Source: Squalus acanthias (Eukaryota). From it: a stretch of DNA of 64,000 nucleotides. The notes below the pieces were generated by a model. That model saw nothing but the letters and a program-made list of their open reading frames with translations. It made no database searches and was not told the DNA's origin. Shown here one piece after another: positions 13,101 to 25,244 of this stretch; the first letter of the stretch is position 1, and every line of letters begins with the position of its first letter. The position numbers and the translations under genes are program-made. Where the stretch lies: positions 135,782,001-135,846,000 of the forward strand of contig CM059431.1 in the NCBI GenBank assembly GCA_030390025.1, in the 5' to 3' direction.

Positions 13101-14118
13101 GCTGTTGTTCAGGGTTCTGCTGCTGCCGCTGCTGGTCTTCGTCCGAATCTGATGTCCAGGAGGAAAGGAAATAAATGGTTCCCATGCTTCTGGTATATGC
13201 CTCAGTTGAGGAAGCGCTCAGTCAAGGTGGCGAGAGGGGTTTCCCAGGAGGTCACACTGGAGATGGGTGTCAGGCTCCAAACTTCTACAACAATGAGTAG
13301 GCCTGCTAAAAGTTCCCCCAGACCTGAGACAACAAAGTTCTGCCACCTGCAAATGATCATTGGTGAAAACTCCTTTTTAATGGTGGAGCTGCAGCTGTTA
13401 GTAAGCAATCCACTTGTGAGGCCGCCAGGATTAGCTGGCGTGTTCCAGAGGAGATGTGCAGGATGGGGGAAATGTGTTAAAATCAGAAAGGCCTCTCAAA
13501 ATGGGAGTATAGAGGCAATTAACTGGTTGTTAAGGGCCTGAAGGACCTATCCCACCTCTTGGAGGTGGGATGGAAATGGGGTCTGAAACCCCGATTCTGG
13601 GAAGATTGCTCGGAGGCAGGCTGGAGGTGGGATCGGAGCCGCCCGCCATTTTTTGCGATTTTAACACCTCATACACCTCCAATCCCGCCTCCTCGGGCCT
13701 GGCAAAATCGAGCCCTTTGTTTCTTAATTCAATTTTCTTGTAAAGGGCTTGGAAGTCAGGGTCAGAAAAGTTATGTCTCTGTCTGCGTGGTCTGTCCTGC
13801 TACCTTGTTTGACTTCTGGCTCCAGAAGGCCTTAGATATTCTTGAAAAGTATGATAAAAAAGATTGATGAGTCATGCAATCAAGTTGTCTGAGAGTCAAA
13901 TGAATGAGCCAAGGGTGAAGGTTGAACTATCTTTTTAAAAGCTGCACTCTAATTTCCATGCACTCTAGCATCTTACATGCATTTTACATGGCATTTACTC
14001 CAATCACTACTCCAATGGGTATGCAAATGAGCTGACACAGGAAACCCTGATTTAAATATCTCTCCTGACCACCAGTGGGCGCAACAGCAGCACAATTCAT
14101 CGTGTGGAAATTCAGCCC
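10156..14118 (-). mobile_element. Degraded Harbinger derivative with Myb/SANT remnant, hosting the 11565-13715 element
   Basis: G-rich imperfect TIRs (GGGGGGAGAATTTTC / GAAATTCAGCCC); minus-strand QCHKKFNDL near 11435-11465; flanks rejoin a CR1. Confidence 0.55.
11565..13715. mobile_element. Non-autonomous PIF/Harbinger element
   Basis: Perfect 16-bp TIR GGGCTCGATTTTGCCA; TSD TTT; Myb-like exon 11830-12060 (APRFNEASLQALV..WLQCRKRFYDL) followed by GTGAGT donor; transposase N-terminal remnant on minus strand at 12874-13185. Confidence 0.9.
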
Positions 14119-15285
14119 TCGAGAAGATTTCTGCAGGAGCAGAGAAAGGTCAAAGGAAATTTAGTGGAGATTTATAACATTTTGAAGGGTTTTAATAGAG
14201 AGAACAGGGAAAAAATATTTCCTTTGGTTGAGGAGTCAGTAACAAGAGTTCATCAATTTAAAATTGTTATTAAGAGAGTGAGGAGAGGAGTTAGGAGATA
14301 TTTCTTTTGCACTGAGAGTTTTGGAGCAAGGAATGTTTTGCCATAGGGAATGGTTGAGGAAGAAACCTTTGCATCCTTAAGGGAAAACTGGATAATTATT
14401 TGGAGCAGAGGAAGGAGCAGGTCTATGGGGAAAGAGCGGGGAAGTGGGATTAGTTTTGGATTGTTCCAGCAAAGAGTTGACATAGATATGATGGGCTGAA
14501 TGGTTTCTTTTGTGCTGTAAACTTCGATGGTACTTTGAATCTTTGGTTCTGTAACTTCAATGGATTTAAGATCTTGGAATCTCTGTTCAGCACTTGCATT
14601 GCAAAATTGTTCAGAATCTTAGGCCTTACATTGCAAACTTCAGATAAATTATAGAAAACTTTGGTAAGCTATATTTTAGCAGGTGCTCAAAAGCTTTGCA
14701 AATCAAGAATTGCCTGTACTTGTCAAAAATAAACTATCCCACCAGGTCGCAGTTATACTGCAACTCCCGAACAAAGACTTATGGACCCTTGTGATATATG
14801 AAGACCAATTTCAATCTGACCAGTACCAAGGTGTAGCAATAACACAGCTCTGTCCAAGCATGCTTCAAAACATGCACAGATCTCCGTCAGCATTATTAAT
14901 GTTTAATGTTAGGAGCACGCAGGGGGGAATGTCCACTTTCTTCCAGTATCAAAATAATTCTGTACAAAGTATCAAAAGCTCTTCTTAAAATCCAACTTCA
15001 CACCAAACTGGAGTTATACTTCAGCTGGTGTTAATCCAGGCAATATGATCTTATAGTGCTTGGCTTTAGTGCATTTTATTGTCAGCTCATAAATTTATGT
15101 TGAACATGGCAGTTTACACTTAATCCTGTACTAGGGTAAATTGTGCAGTAGCCAGTTGTGTTTTTGTACTATATGAATATAATTCCACAATACTTTAATT
15201 GTATTTTCTAAACGCTGTGAAAACATTTTTTATATATTTGATCTCACAATGTGGATAACACTGGCAAGGCAATATATATTCCCCA

Positions 15286-15690
15286 ATAGTACAAAAGCAA
15301 AATACTGCGATGCTGGAAGTCTGAAATAAAAACAGAAAAGGCTGGAAATACTCAGCAGGTCAGGCAGCATCTGTGGAGAGAGAAACAGAGTTAACGTTTC
15401 AGGTCGATGACCCTTCTTCAGAACTGAAAAAAGCTGGAGATGGAACAGGTTTTTAAGCAAGTGTAGGGGCAGGGAAAGGGGGGAGGGGAGGAAAGAACAA
15501 AAGTCTGTGATGGGATGGAAGGCAGGAGAGATTAAGAGACATTAAGAGAGATTAAGAGATGGTGCAAGGCAAATGGAGATGGTAATGGGACAAGTTAAGA
15601 AACAAAAGATGGCTCTGGATGAAGTGTAAACAGCACTGGCAGAATGAAAGACAGCTGCCATGTGGGAGAGAGAAAAAATAAATTAAAAAA
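15286..15690 (-). mobile_element. Penelope-like element 3'/pLTR fragment
   Basis: Homologous to 45114-45419; contains a hammerhead motif; near-TSD ATATTCCCCA / ATATTTCCCA. Confidence 0.7.
15389..15425 (-). ncRNA. Minimal type I hammerhead ribozyme motif
   Basis: Minus strand AGTT-CTGAAGA-AGGGTC ATC GACCT-GAAA-CGTT-AACT: intact core, stem II, palindromic ACGT stem III, stem I AGTT/AACT. Confidence 0.75.
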
Positions 15691-15986
15691 ATATTTCCCA
15701 TCTTAGTTGCCCTGAGGGCATTAAGAGCCACATGTAGGCCAACCTGATGGACATCAGTAAACCAGTTGGGTTTTTAACAATAATCCAGCATCTGCTGTGG
15801 TAATTTTTCCTGGTGCCAGCACACAAATGACCAGATTCTTGAATTTAAATTCACAATGTGCCATGATGGCATTATGAATTCACAATCTCTTAGTTGCAAG
15901 CCTTGTACCATAACCACTAAGCTACTGTATCCATCATTAAGAGGCCCAACTATGTTGTCTTATTGATTTGTCTTATAATTCTAAAC

Positions 15987-16880
15987 GGGGAAAAATTGAC
16001 TAGCCCCGAAAACAGGCGTGGGGATATTGGTACGCGATTAACTGGTGCCTGTTCATTATGTTGCAGGCAGCACATTAAATTCATGCTGCCTTCTGTTTTA
16101 CATGATTGATGCGTGCAGCCAGAGCTGATCATTGGCTGCATATATCAGCAGGGGGACAGATATCACAAGTGGCTAGCGCTACTCAAGGGCAGTCTGCACC
16201 TCTTAAAGGGGAGGTGCATTGTGACTGCAAGAAGTGATGAAAACTGAATCTGTGCTCTGATATTTTGAGGAATAGCTGAACATGTGAGAGAACGAGCACC
16301 AACATTTTCAGACACTGCACTGAAGGTCTTGGTGGAAAGAAGGTGAGATGTCCTGTATTTGCAGGGAGACAGGAGGCCCTCCAGACATATGCTTAGGAGG
16401 CAGTGGGAACAAATAGCGGCGACGGTCAATGCCAGGAGTGTTGCTCCAAGAACATGGATGCAGTGCAGGAAGAAGTTTAACAATCTCACACGAGTTGTCA
16501 AGGTGAGTGAGTTTGTCTTCAAATGGCATATCCTATCAACTGTACCACTAACCTCATCCACTGTTCTATTCACTACACCTAAATCAATCGTCTACCAACA
16601 ATCTCTATCAATCAGTACTCAACTCTAAAATTCATATACTTTATCTCACCCTCACACCCTACATGCATTGTTGCAAGCCTCTCATCCACAACTCATAACT
16701 CGCACACACTGACAGCCAAATTACCCAAACATATTGCAATGACACAATTCCCTCATTCTTACAGGAGAAGGTGGCACATAACAGTAGGCAGCAGCAAAGA
16801 ACTGGAGGAGACAGTGTTGGCCATCAGGGGAAGGTGCATCACTGAGGCCATGGCCACTGGCAGAGCTAAAGCAATCACTA
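15987..16880 (+). mobile_element. Truncated Harbinger left end with Myb/SANT exons 1-2
   Basis: Homologous to 37995-38990; RERAPTFSDTAL...WMQCRKKFNNLTRVVK followed by GTGAGT donor. Confidence 0.8.
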
Positions 16881-17086
16881 ATGAGGGTATCTGCATACAT
16901 AATATGCTTTAATTTACATGTAAACTGGGCAAACAAAATTTCCAGTAATAATGCAGAGGACAAGTTCATGGAATGCACTCAAGATAGTTTTCTAGATCAG
17001 TATGTTGAGGAACTAACAAGAAAACAGGATATTTTAGATCTAGTATTGTGCAATGAGACAGGGTTAATTAATAACTTCACAGTAAA
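16881..17086 (+). mobile_element. CR1 APE endonuclease fragment
   Basis: FNLHVNW...FLDQYVEELTR..ILDLVLCNE. Confidence 0.8.
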
Positions 17087-20000
17087 GGGAACAGTAGCAT
17101 AGTGGTTCTGCTACTGGACTAGTAATCCAGAGGCCTGGACTAATAATCCGGAGATGTAAATCCCACCACGGCAGCTGTGGAATTTAAATTCAGTTAATTA
17201 AATAAATCTGGAATAAAAAAGCTAGTATCAGTAATGGTGGACATGAAACTATCGGATTGTCATAAAATCCCATCTGGTTCACTAATGTCCTTCAGGGTAG
17301 GAAATCTGCCATCCTTACCTGGTCTGGCTGATATGTGACTCCAGACCCACAGCAATGTGGTTGACTCTTAACTACCCTCTGAAATGGCCTAGCAAGCCAT
17401 ACAGTTGTAACTAACCACTGCGAAACACAATAACAAGAATAAAACCGGACAGACCACCCGGCATCGACCACCGGCTTCAGAAACGACAATGGGACACCCA
17501 GCCCAGTTGACTCTGCAAAGTCCTCTTCACTAACATCTGGGGACTTGTGCCAAAATTGGGAGAGCTGTCCCACAGACTAGTCAAGCAACAGCCTGACATA
17601 GTCATACTCACAGAATCATACCTTTCAGCCAATGTCCCAGATTCCTCCATCACCATCCCTGGGTATGTCCTGTCCCACCGGCAGGACAGACCCACCAGAG
17701 GTGGCGGCACAGTGGTATACAATCAGGAGGGAGTGGCCCTGGGAGTCCTCAACATTGACTCCGGACCCCATGAAGCCTCATGGCTTCAGGTCAAGCCTGG
17801 GCAAGGAAACCTCCAACTGATTACCACCTACCGCCCTCCCTCAGCTCATGAATCAGTACTCCTCCATTGAACACCACTTGGAAGAAGCACCGAGGGAAAC
17901 AAGGGCACAGAATGTACTCTGGGTGGGGGACTTCAATGTCCATCACCAAGAGTGGCTCGGTAGCACCACTACTGACCGAGGTGTCCGAGTCCTGAAGGAC
18001 ATAGCTGCCAGACTGGGCCTTTGGCAGGTGGTGAGAGCACCAACACGAGGGAAAAACCTACTTGACCTCGTCCACACCAATCCACCTGTTGCAGATGCAT
18101 CTGTCCATGACAACATTGGTAGCAGTGACCACCGCACAGTCCTTGTGGAGACGAAATCCCGTCTTCCGACTGAGGACACCCTCCATCGTGTTGTGTGGCA
18201 CTACCACCGTGCAAAATGGGATAGATTCAGAACAGATCTACCAGCTGAAAACTGGGCATCCATGAGGTGCTGTGGGCCACCAGCAGCAGCAGAATTGTAT
18301 TCCACCACAATCTGTGACCTCATGGCCTGGCATATCCCTCACTCTACCATTACCATCAAGCCAGGGGACCAACCCTGGTTCAATGAGGAGTGCAGAAGAG
18401 CCTGCCAGGAGCAGCATCAGGTGTTCCTAAAAATGAGGTGCCAAACTGGGGAAATTGCGACACAGGACTACATGCATGCTTCACCCTCTTAAAGCAACAT
18501 TTGTACAATGGAAGCAGCATGCTATAGACAGAGCTAAGTGATCCCACAACCAACGGATCAGTTCAAAGCTCTGCAATCCTGCCACATCCAGTCGTGAATG
18601 GTGGTGGACAATTAAACTACTAACGGGAGGAGGAGGCTCCATGAATAGCCCCATCCACAATGATGACGGAGCCCAGCATGCGAGTGCAAAAGTCAAGACT
18701 GAAGCGTTTGCAACAATCTTCAGCCAGACGTGCCGAGTGAATGATTCATATCGGCCTCCTCCTGAAGTCCCCATCATCACAGAAGCCAGTCTTCAGCCGA
18801 GAAACGGCCGAGCGCACTGGATACAGCAAAGGCTATGGGCCCTGACAACATCCTGGCTGTCGTGCTGAAGACTTGTGCTCCAGAACTAGCCGTGCTTCTA
18901 GCCAAGCTGTTCCAGTACAGCTACAACACTGGCATCTACCCGACAATGTGGAAAACTGCCCAGTTATGTCCTGTCCACAAAAAGCAGGACAAATCCAAGC
19001 CGGCCAATTACCGCCCCATCAGCCTACTCTCAATCATCAGCAAAGTGATGCAAGGTGTCATCGACAGTGCTATCATGAGGCACTTACTCACCAATAACCT
19101 GCTCACCGATGTTCAGTTTGGGTTCCGCCAGGACCACTCGGCTCCAGACCTCATTATAGTCTTGGTCCAAACATGGACAAAAGATCTGGATTCCAGAGGT
19201 GAGGTGAGAGTGACTGCCCTTGACATCAAGTCCGTGTTTGACCGAGTGTGGCATCAAGGAACCCTAGCAAAATTGAAGTCAATGGGAATCAGGGGGAAAA
19301 CTATCCACTGGCTGGCATCATACCTAGCACAAAGGAAGATGGTTGTAGTTGTTGGAGGTCAATCATCTCAGCCCCAGGACATTGCTGCAGGAGTTCTTCA
19401 GGGCAGTGTCCTAGGCCCAACCATCTTCAGCTGCTTCATCAATGACCTTCCCTCCAGCATAAGGTCAGAAGTGGGGATGTTTGCTGATGATTGCACAGTG
19501 TTCAGTTCCATTCACAACTCCTCAGATAATGAAGCAGTCCATGCCCGCATGCAACAAGACCTGGACGACGTTCAGGCTTGGGCTGATAAGTGGCAGGTAA
19601 CATTCGTGCCACACAAGTGCCAGGCAATCTCCAACAAGCAAGAATCTAACCACCTCCCCTTGACATTCAACAGCATTACCTTCGCCGAATCCCCCACCAT
19701 CAACATCCTGGGGGTCACCATTGACCAGAAACTTAACTGGACCAGCCGCATAAATACTGTGGCAACAAAAGCAGGTCAGAGGCTAGGTATTCTGCGATGA
19801 GTGTCTCACCTCCTGACTCCCCAAAGCCTTTCCACCATCTGCAAGGCACAAGTCAGGAGTGTGATGGAATGCTCTCCACTTGCCTGGATGAGTGAAGCTC
19901 TAACAATACTCAAGAAGCTCGACACCATCCAGGACAAAGCAGTCCGCTTGATTGGCACCCCATCCACCACCCTAAACATTCACTCCCTCCACCACCGACG

Positions 20001-20379
20001 TACCGTGGCTGCAGTGTGTGCCATCTACAAGATGCACTGCAGCAACTCGCCAAGGCTTCTTCGGCAGCACCTCCCAAACCCGCGACCTCTTCCACCTAGA
20101 AGGACAAGGGCAGCAGGCGCATGGGAACACCACCACCTCCAAGTTCCCCTCCAAGTTAAACACAATCCTTACTTGGAAGTATATCGCCGATCCTTCATTC
20201 TCGCAGGGTCAAAATCCTGGAACTCCCTCCCTAACAACACTGTGGAAGTACCTTCACCACATGGACTGCAGCGGTTCAAGAAGGCCGCTCACCACCACCT
20301 TCTCAAGGGCAATTAGGGATGGGCAATAAATGCTGGCCTTTCCAACAATGCCCAGATCCCATGAACGAATAAAAAAAAA
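17087..20379 (+). mobile_element. Near-complete single-ORF LINE (APE+RT, CR1/L2-group-like) with tRNA-derived 5' head
   Basis: APE motifs (PDIVILTES, RGGG, GDFN, LDL, SDH) at 17510-18200; RT motifs (NYRPISLLS, QFGFR, QGSVLGP, FADD) in ORF 18835-19800; frameshifts and stops; A-rich tail at 20368-20379; A box at 17095-17105. Confidence 0.88.
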
Positions 20380-21144
20380 TGCATCCCCCTCCCCAACAAA
20401 CAGGGGATTGAAGCACATGTGGAAATTATTGCAATCAGAATAGATTATGTCAATCCTCCACCTCAGATTGGAAAAATACTGAGCCATCTAAGCCATGTCC
20501 TTGGAGGGTCATTTGGTCCAAACTCTCCCTCCCCTCCTAGCACAGTTAGACAATCACCAATAGTGAAGGATAATGATCCCAATCAACATGACTACCAGCA
20601 GACAGAGCTGTTCTTGCCTAACTCCCAGACCAAACATCCTCAGAGTTCAACACCAAATAAATTGCCTCAACCCCCATATTGGCATTGCCCCCATTGCAGC
20701 TGCAGACATGGCAAGAAATTTGATTGTATCAATGCACTGCTCCTGTAAGCATTCTGAAATCTATATATATATAATGGCTTAATAATATATATATATGTAT
20801 ATATTTGAACTGTTAAGAATTCAATTTATATAAAATAATTAAACATTTTACTTGCTTCTGTAACTCTACCCAGAAATCCAGGTGTTGATCACTCTTTGGG
20901 AGTAATTTTCACGGTGTGAAATGGTCTACATCGACTCGGCTGCTCATTTAATAGACAGGAGAATAGTGCGTGGTGTATAATTGGTGGCTATTTCAATGTC
21001 ACCTATTTAACACCATCACCCAAAATTTACATTACCCCCTTTGAGTGAAGGTGAACTTCCTAGCACCAGACTTAAATTTGCCTTTTGTTAGTTTGAACTT
21101 GTTTCCCCCTGTCCAACTGTCATAGTTTTGGTTGAAGCAGCAGG

Positions 21145-23880
21145 GGGTGGGGGAATTTTTACTTGCTGGAGTAAGCAGGTTTTGGAATGGGTAGGGGGGG
21201 GGGGGTTAAAAGCGTAAAAGCATCAAAATTGACAGTGCATTGGGAAGCTGACTCCAACCAGGCGACTTTTGCATTTAACTGCAGCGTGTTAGGCTGCGTG
21301 CAAACAACCCCCTTGGGTGAGGCAGGTTGCTAATTTCAATATGTTAATAGCTCATTAAGAGCGATATTAACATGGTTTTGGGATTTAACTGTGGGTGCCC
21401 GGGTTTCCTGGGCTTCCTGGAACTCGCCAGTGAAAGCAAGACAAGAACACAGTGGCAATTGAGCGGCTGAAGAAATGACAGGCAAAAATTCCCATACGTA
21501 CTGAAACCTCACAGCTGCTTTCTTCCCTAATTGTGCTCACAGTACTTGTGCTGAGAGGTTACTTTCACAACTATACAGGTTATTTTCACTACTTTGGAGG
21601 TTTAGACATCTGATCTCCACTTTGCAGCTGTGATCTATCAGATCAGCATGGGTGCCGCTTATGCTGTTTTACTTTGGACCTTAGATGAGGACTACGATGA
21701 CCAGCAGCATCAACAACAACAGCAGCAGGAGCACAAAGAGCACCAGCAGTAGGACGACCAACAGGAGGAGCACCACCAGCAACACCAGCAGGAGCAGCAC
21801 CAGCCTGCTCCTCACAAATGTGCCGCTTCACAGGAGAGAGGGGATGAGCAGAGAGGTGCAGCTCACAGGAGGCGATACCCGCAACATAGGGTGTACAGGC
21901 AGACGTTGAGCTTCCTGGACATGTCGGAACACCAGTGTCACAGGAGGCTCAGGGTCTCGCGTCAGGTTGTGGCAGACATTTGCAGCCTGCTGGAAGAAGA
22001 CCTGCTGCCAAGTGAACCTGGTGGACACGCTTTACCAGTGGCTGTCAAAGTCACCACCGCCCTCAACATCTTTGCCTTTGGCTCCTTCCAGGGATCTGCC
22101 AGAGACATTTGCAGGATCTCACAGTTGGCCACCCACAAATGCATAACCCAGGTGGCTGATGCAAGGGCAGGCAATTATGTACACTTTGCCACTGATGATG
22201 CCAGTCAGAATGAGCATGTGCTCAGATTTGTAGCTCTTGCTGGCTTCCCACAGGTGCAGGGCATCATCAACTGCATGCACGTGGCAATTAAGGCACCCCC
22301 AGATAAACCAGGAGTATTCATCAACAGCTGGTGTACAACCACAAAAAGATGATCATGCAGGTGTGTGCAAGATTCCCAGGCAGCTGCCATGATGCTTTCA
22401 TCCAGCGCCAGTCCACCCTCCCGGCTCTATTCGCACCTCAAAGCAAACTTACTGGCTGGCGGCTTGAAGACAAGCGATACGCACTTAAAGCATGGCTGAT
22501 GACACCTGTGAGGAACCAAACAATGAGGCCCAGGTGCGATACAATGAAAGCCATATGACAACCCAATGTGTCATTGAGCAAGCAATCGGCATGCGGAAGA
22601 AGCACTTCAGGTGCCTCGACAGATCTGGAGGCATCTTTCAAAACGCACCAGCCAGGATCTCCAGAATGGTCGTGGTGTGCTGCACTCTGCACAACATTGC
22701 ACAGCAGCGAGGATTGGACCTTCAGGAGGAACAAGGCACAGAGCACAGAGCCTCTTCAGAGGTGGAGGAGGAGGAACATGATGCAGCCAATGCAACAGCA
22801 GCATCGCACCCGGCTGCCCGGGATGCCCTCATAATGGCGAGGATCAGATAGGTTCCACTAGTTCACCCATCTGGCAGCGTCATACTAAATCCACTTCCCA
22901 TCCCCCCCTTCCCCCAACACAAAGCAGTCCCACAATCAACCAAGCATCCCTTTCACAGCCACCCACTTCTTGTCTTACCATTCATCACAAGTGAAAATAC
23001 CACTTGCCAGACAGCAGCCAAAAATGGGCAACACAGGAAAGTGGTGTAATCAAATAATATTTATATGGCTCAAAAATGAAACAGAAACTTAACAGTCTAA
23101 CATTGTGTACAACAACCACGTGCATCCCCTTGTGCAACGACAAATCTTTACTCTTCCACTTCCTAGCACTTTTACATGGTGCAACCACTGTGGCTTCAGC
23201 AGACGTAGAGGCAGGCTTCTCAGATCCCTGCTCTGACTGCTGAGATGCTCTTGGCCGACGTCCTCTGGGTTTTGGAGCCCTTGAAGGTCCCGCCAAAGAC
23301 TGCTCCACTTGCACCTGTGCATGGGCAGACTCGGGCATCGGGACACGAGGCAGCATATGAGGTACTGACTGGGAGGGGGGGAGCAACGGGTGAGAAGTGG
23401 CAGCGCTTTAAGCCATGTCCCCACTTTCATGTCCCCTTTCACCATCATCCCTCTCATGGCCCACCAGACTTCCCTGAGCAGGAGAGCACTTTGCTTCAGG
23501 TAAGTGGGGCGATGAACGGCCAAGGCTAGGGTTTGTTAATCCTATTTAAGCTGGGATTCATAGTGTGCAAGCCATTGGGGAGGGCCTGAACGCACTCGTT
23601 CGATTGCCGCGTTAGATGCTGCATGCAGGTGGCCACTATTTCCACGGATGAAGTCATCATCGCAAAGGCCAATCATTCTTGAGACGGACTCCTCCAATCT
23701 CTCTGCAAGTGTGCACAGTGTGGCTGGAAAGCCTGCGAGTACATTGCATATTCTTTGATGCTGCTCCAGAAGTATCCTCTTCATTGACGGCCCCTGTGGT
23801 TCAGCATCTGTGTCCTTGGAGCATCCTGTGGCCTCCGCGTGGACTCTACACTGCTGTCCCGGTCAGCACCATCTGCTCTT
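21145..23880 (+). mobile_element. PIF/Harbinger transposon, right end truncated by CR1
   Basis: Transposase remnant on plus strand and last exon of the Myb gene on minus strand (~23125-23880), homologous to 59279-60170. Confidence 0.85.
21648..22851 (+). pseudogene. Harbinger DDE transposase pseudogene with Gln/His-rich N-terminus
   Basis: [46 protein letters not shown]; stops and frameshifts. Confidence 0.88.
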
Positions 23881-25240
23881 CATAGAATAATAGAATCACA
23901 GAAATTTATGGCACAGAAGGAGGCCATTCGGCCCATCATGTTGGTGCCGGCCGAAAAAGAGCTATCCAGCCAAATCCGACTTTCCAGCTCCTAGTCCGTA
24001 GCCCTGTAGGATACGGCACTTCAAGTGCATATTCAAGTACTTTTTAAATGCAATGAGGGTTTCTGCCTCTACCACCCTTTCAGGTACATTCCAGCCCCCC
24101 CACGACACTCTGGGTTAAAAAAGTTCTCCTCAACTCCCCTCTAATCCTTCTACCAGTTGCTTTAAATCTATGCCCCCTGGTTATTGACCTCTCTGCTAAA
24201 GGAAATAGGTCCTTCCTATCCATTCTATCTAGGCTCCTCATAATTTGATTCACCCTAATTAAATCTCCCCTCAGCCTCCTCTGTTCCAAAGAAAACAACC
24301 CCAGCCTAGCCAATCTTTCCTCATAGCTAAAATTCTCCAGTCCTGGCAGCATCCTCGTAAATCTCCTCTGTACCCTCTCTAGTGCAATCACATCTTTCCT
24401 GTAAGGTGGTGACCAGAACTGTATGCAGTACTCTAGCTGTGGCCTAACTAGTGTTTTATACAGTACAAGCATAACCTCTTATATTCTATATTCTTATATT
24501 CTATGCCTCGGCTAATAAAGGAAAGTATCCCGTATGCCTTCTTAACCATCTTATCTACCTGTCCTGTTACCTTCAGGATCAGTGGACATGCACTCCAAGG
24601 TCCCTCTGTTCCTCTATGCTTCTCAGTATCCTACCATTTATTGTGTATTCCCTTGCCTTGTTAGTCCTCCCCAAATACATTACCTCACACTTCTCCAGAT
24701 TGAATTCCATTTGCCACTTTTCTGCCCACCTGACCAGTCCATTTATATCAACCTGCAGTCTACAGCTTTCTTCCTCACTATCAACCACATGGCCAATTTT
24801 TGTATCATCTGCAAACTCCTTAATCATGCCTCCTACATTGAAGTCTAAGTCACTGATTATATACCACAAAAAAAAGGGACCTAGTACTGAGCCCTGAGGT
24901 ACCCCGCTGGAAACAGCCTTACAGTCACAAAAACCCTCGTTGATCATTACACTTTGCTTCCTGCCACTGAGCCAATTTTGGATCCAACTTGCCACTTTCC
25001 CTTGGATCCCATGGGCTTCTACATTTCTGACCAGTCTGCCTTGTGGGACCTTGTCAAAAGCTTTGCTAAACCCCATGTCAACCACTTCAAATGCGCTACC
25101 CTCATCGCCCTTCCTTGTTACCTCCTCAAAAAACTCAATCAAGTTAGTCAGACACAATCTTCCCTTAACAAATCCATACTAACTGTCCTTGATTAATCCG
25201 TGCCTTTCTAAATGATGATTAATACTGTCCCTCAGAATTT
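23881..25240 (-). mobile_element. CR1 LINE 3' part
   Basis: ORFs 24579-25157 and 24080-24472 with RT and C-terminal motifs; 3' UTR at the left end. Confidence 0.92.
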
Positions 25241-25244
25241 TTAG

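Larger units (their letters stand above)
9960..14525 (+). mobile_element. Old CR1 3' fragment (9960-10155 and 14119-14525) split by Harbinger derivatives
   Basis: Left piece gives IEYKSKE..LYKTLV..CVQF; right piece continues EQRKVKGNLVEIYNILKG to the 3' UTR. Confidence 0.7.
15250..15928 (-). mobile_element. tRNA-derived SINE, interrupted by a Penelope-like fragment
   Basis: Minus-strand A box TAGCTTAGTGG near 15915-15925; body matches 17170-17290; tail GGGCAACTAAGATGGG matches LINE tail near 20308-20323. Confidence 0.7.

Noticed and set aside
17090..17175. Functional tRNA-Thr gene
   Set aside because: Duplicated anticodon arm, degenerate T arm/B box and no proper acceptor stem; it is a retroposon head.
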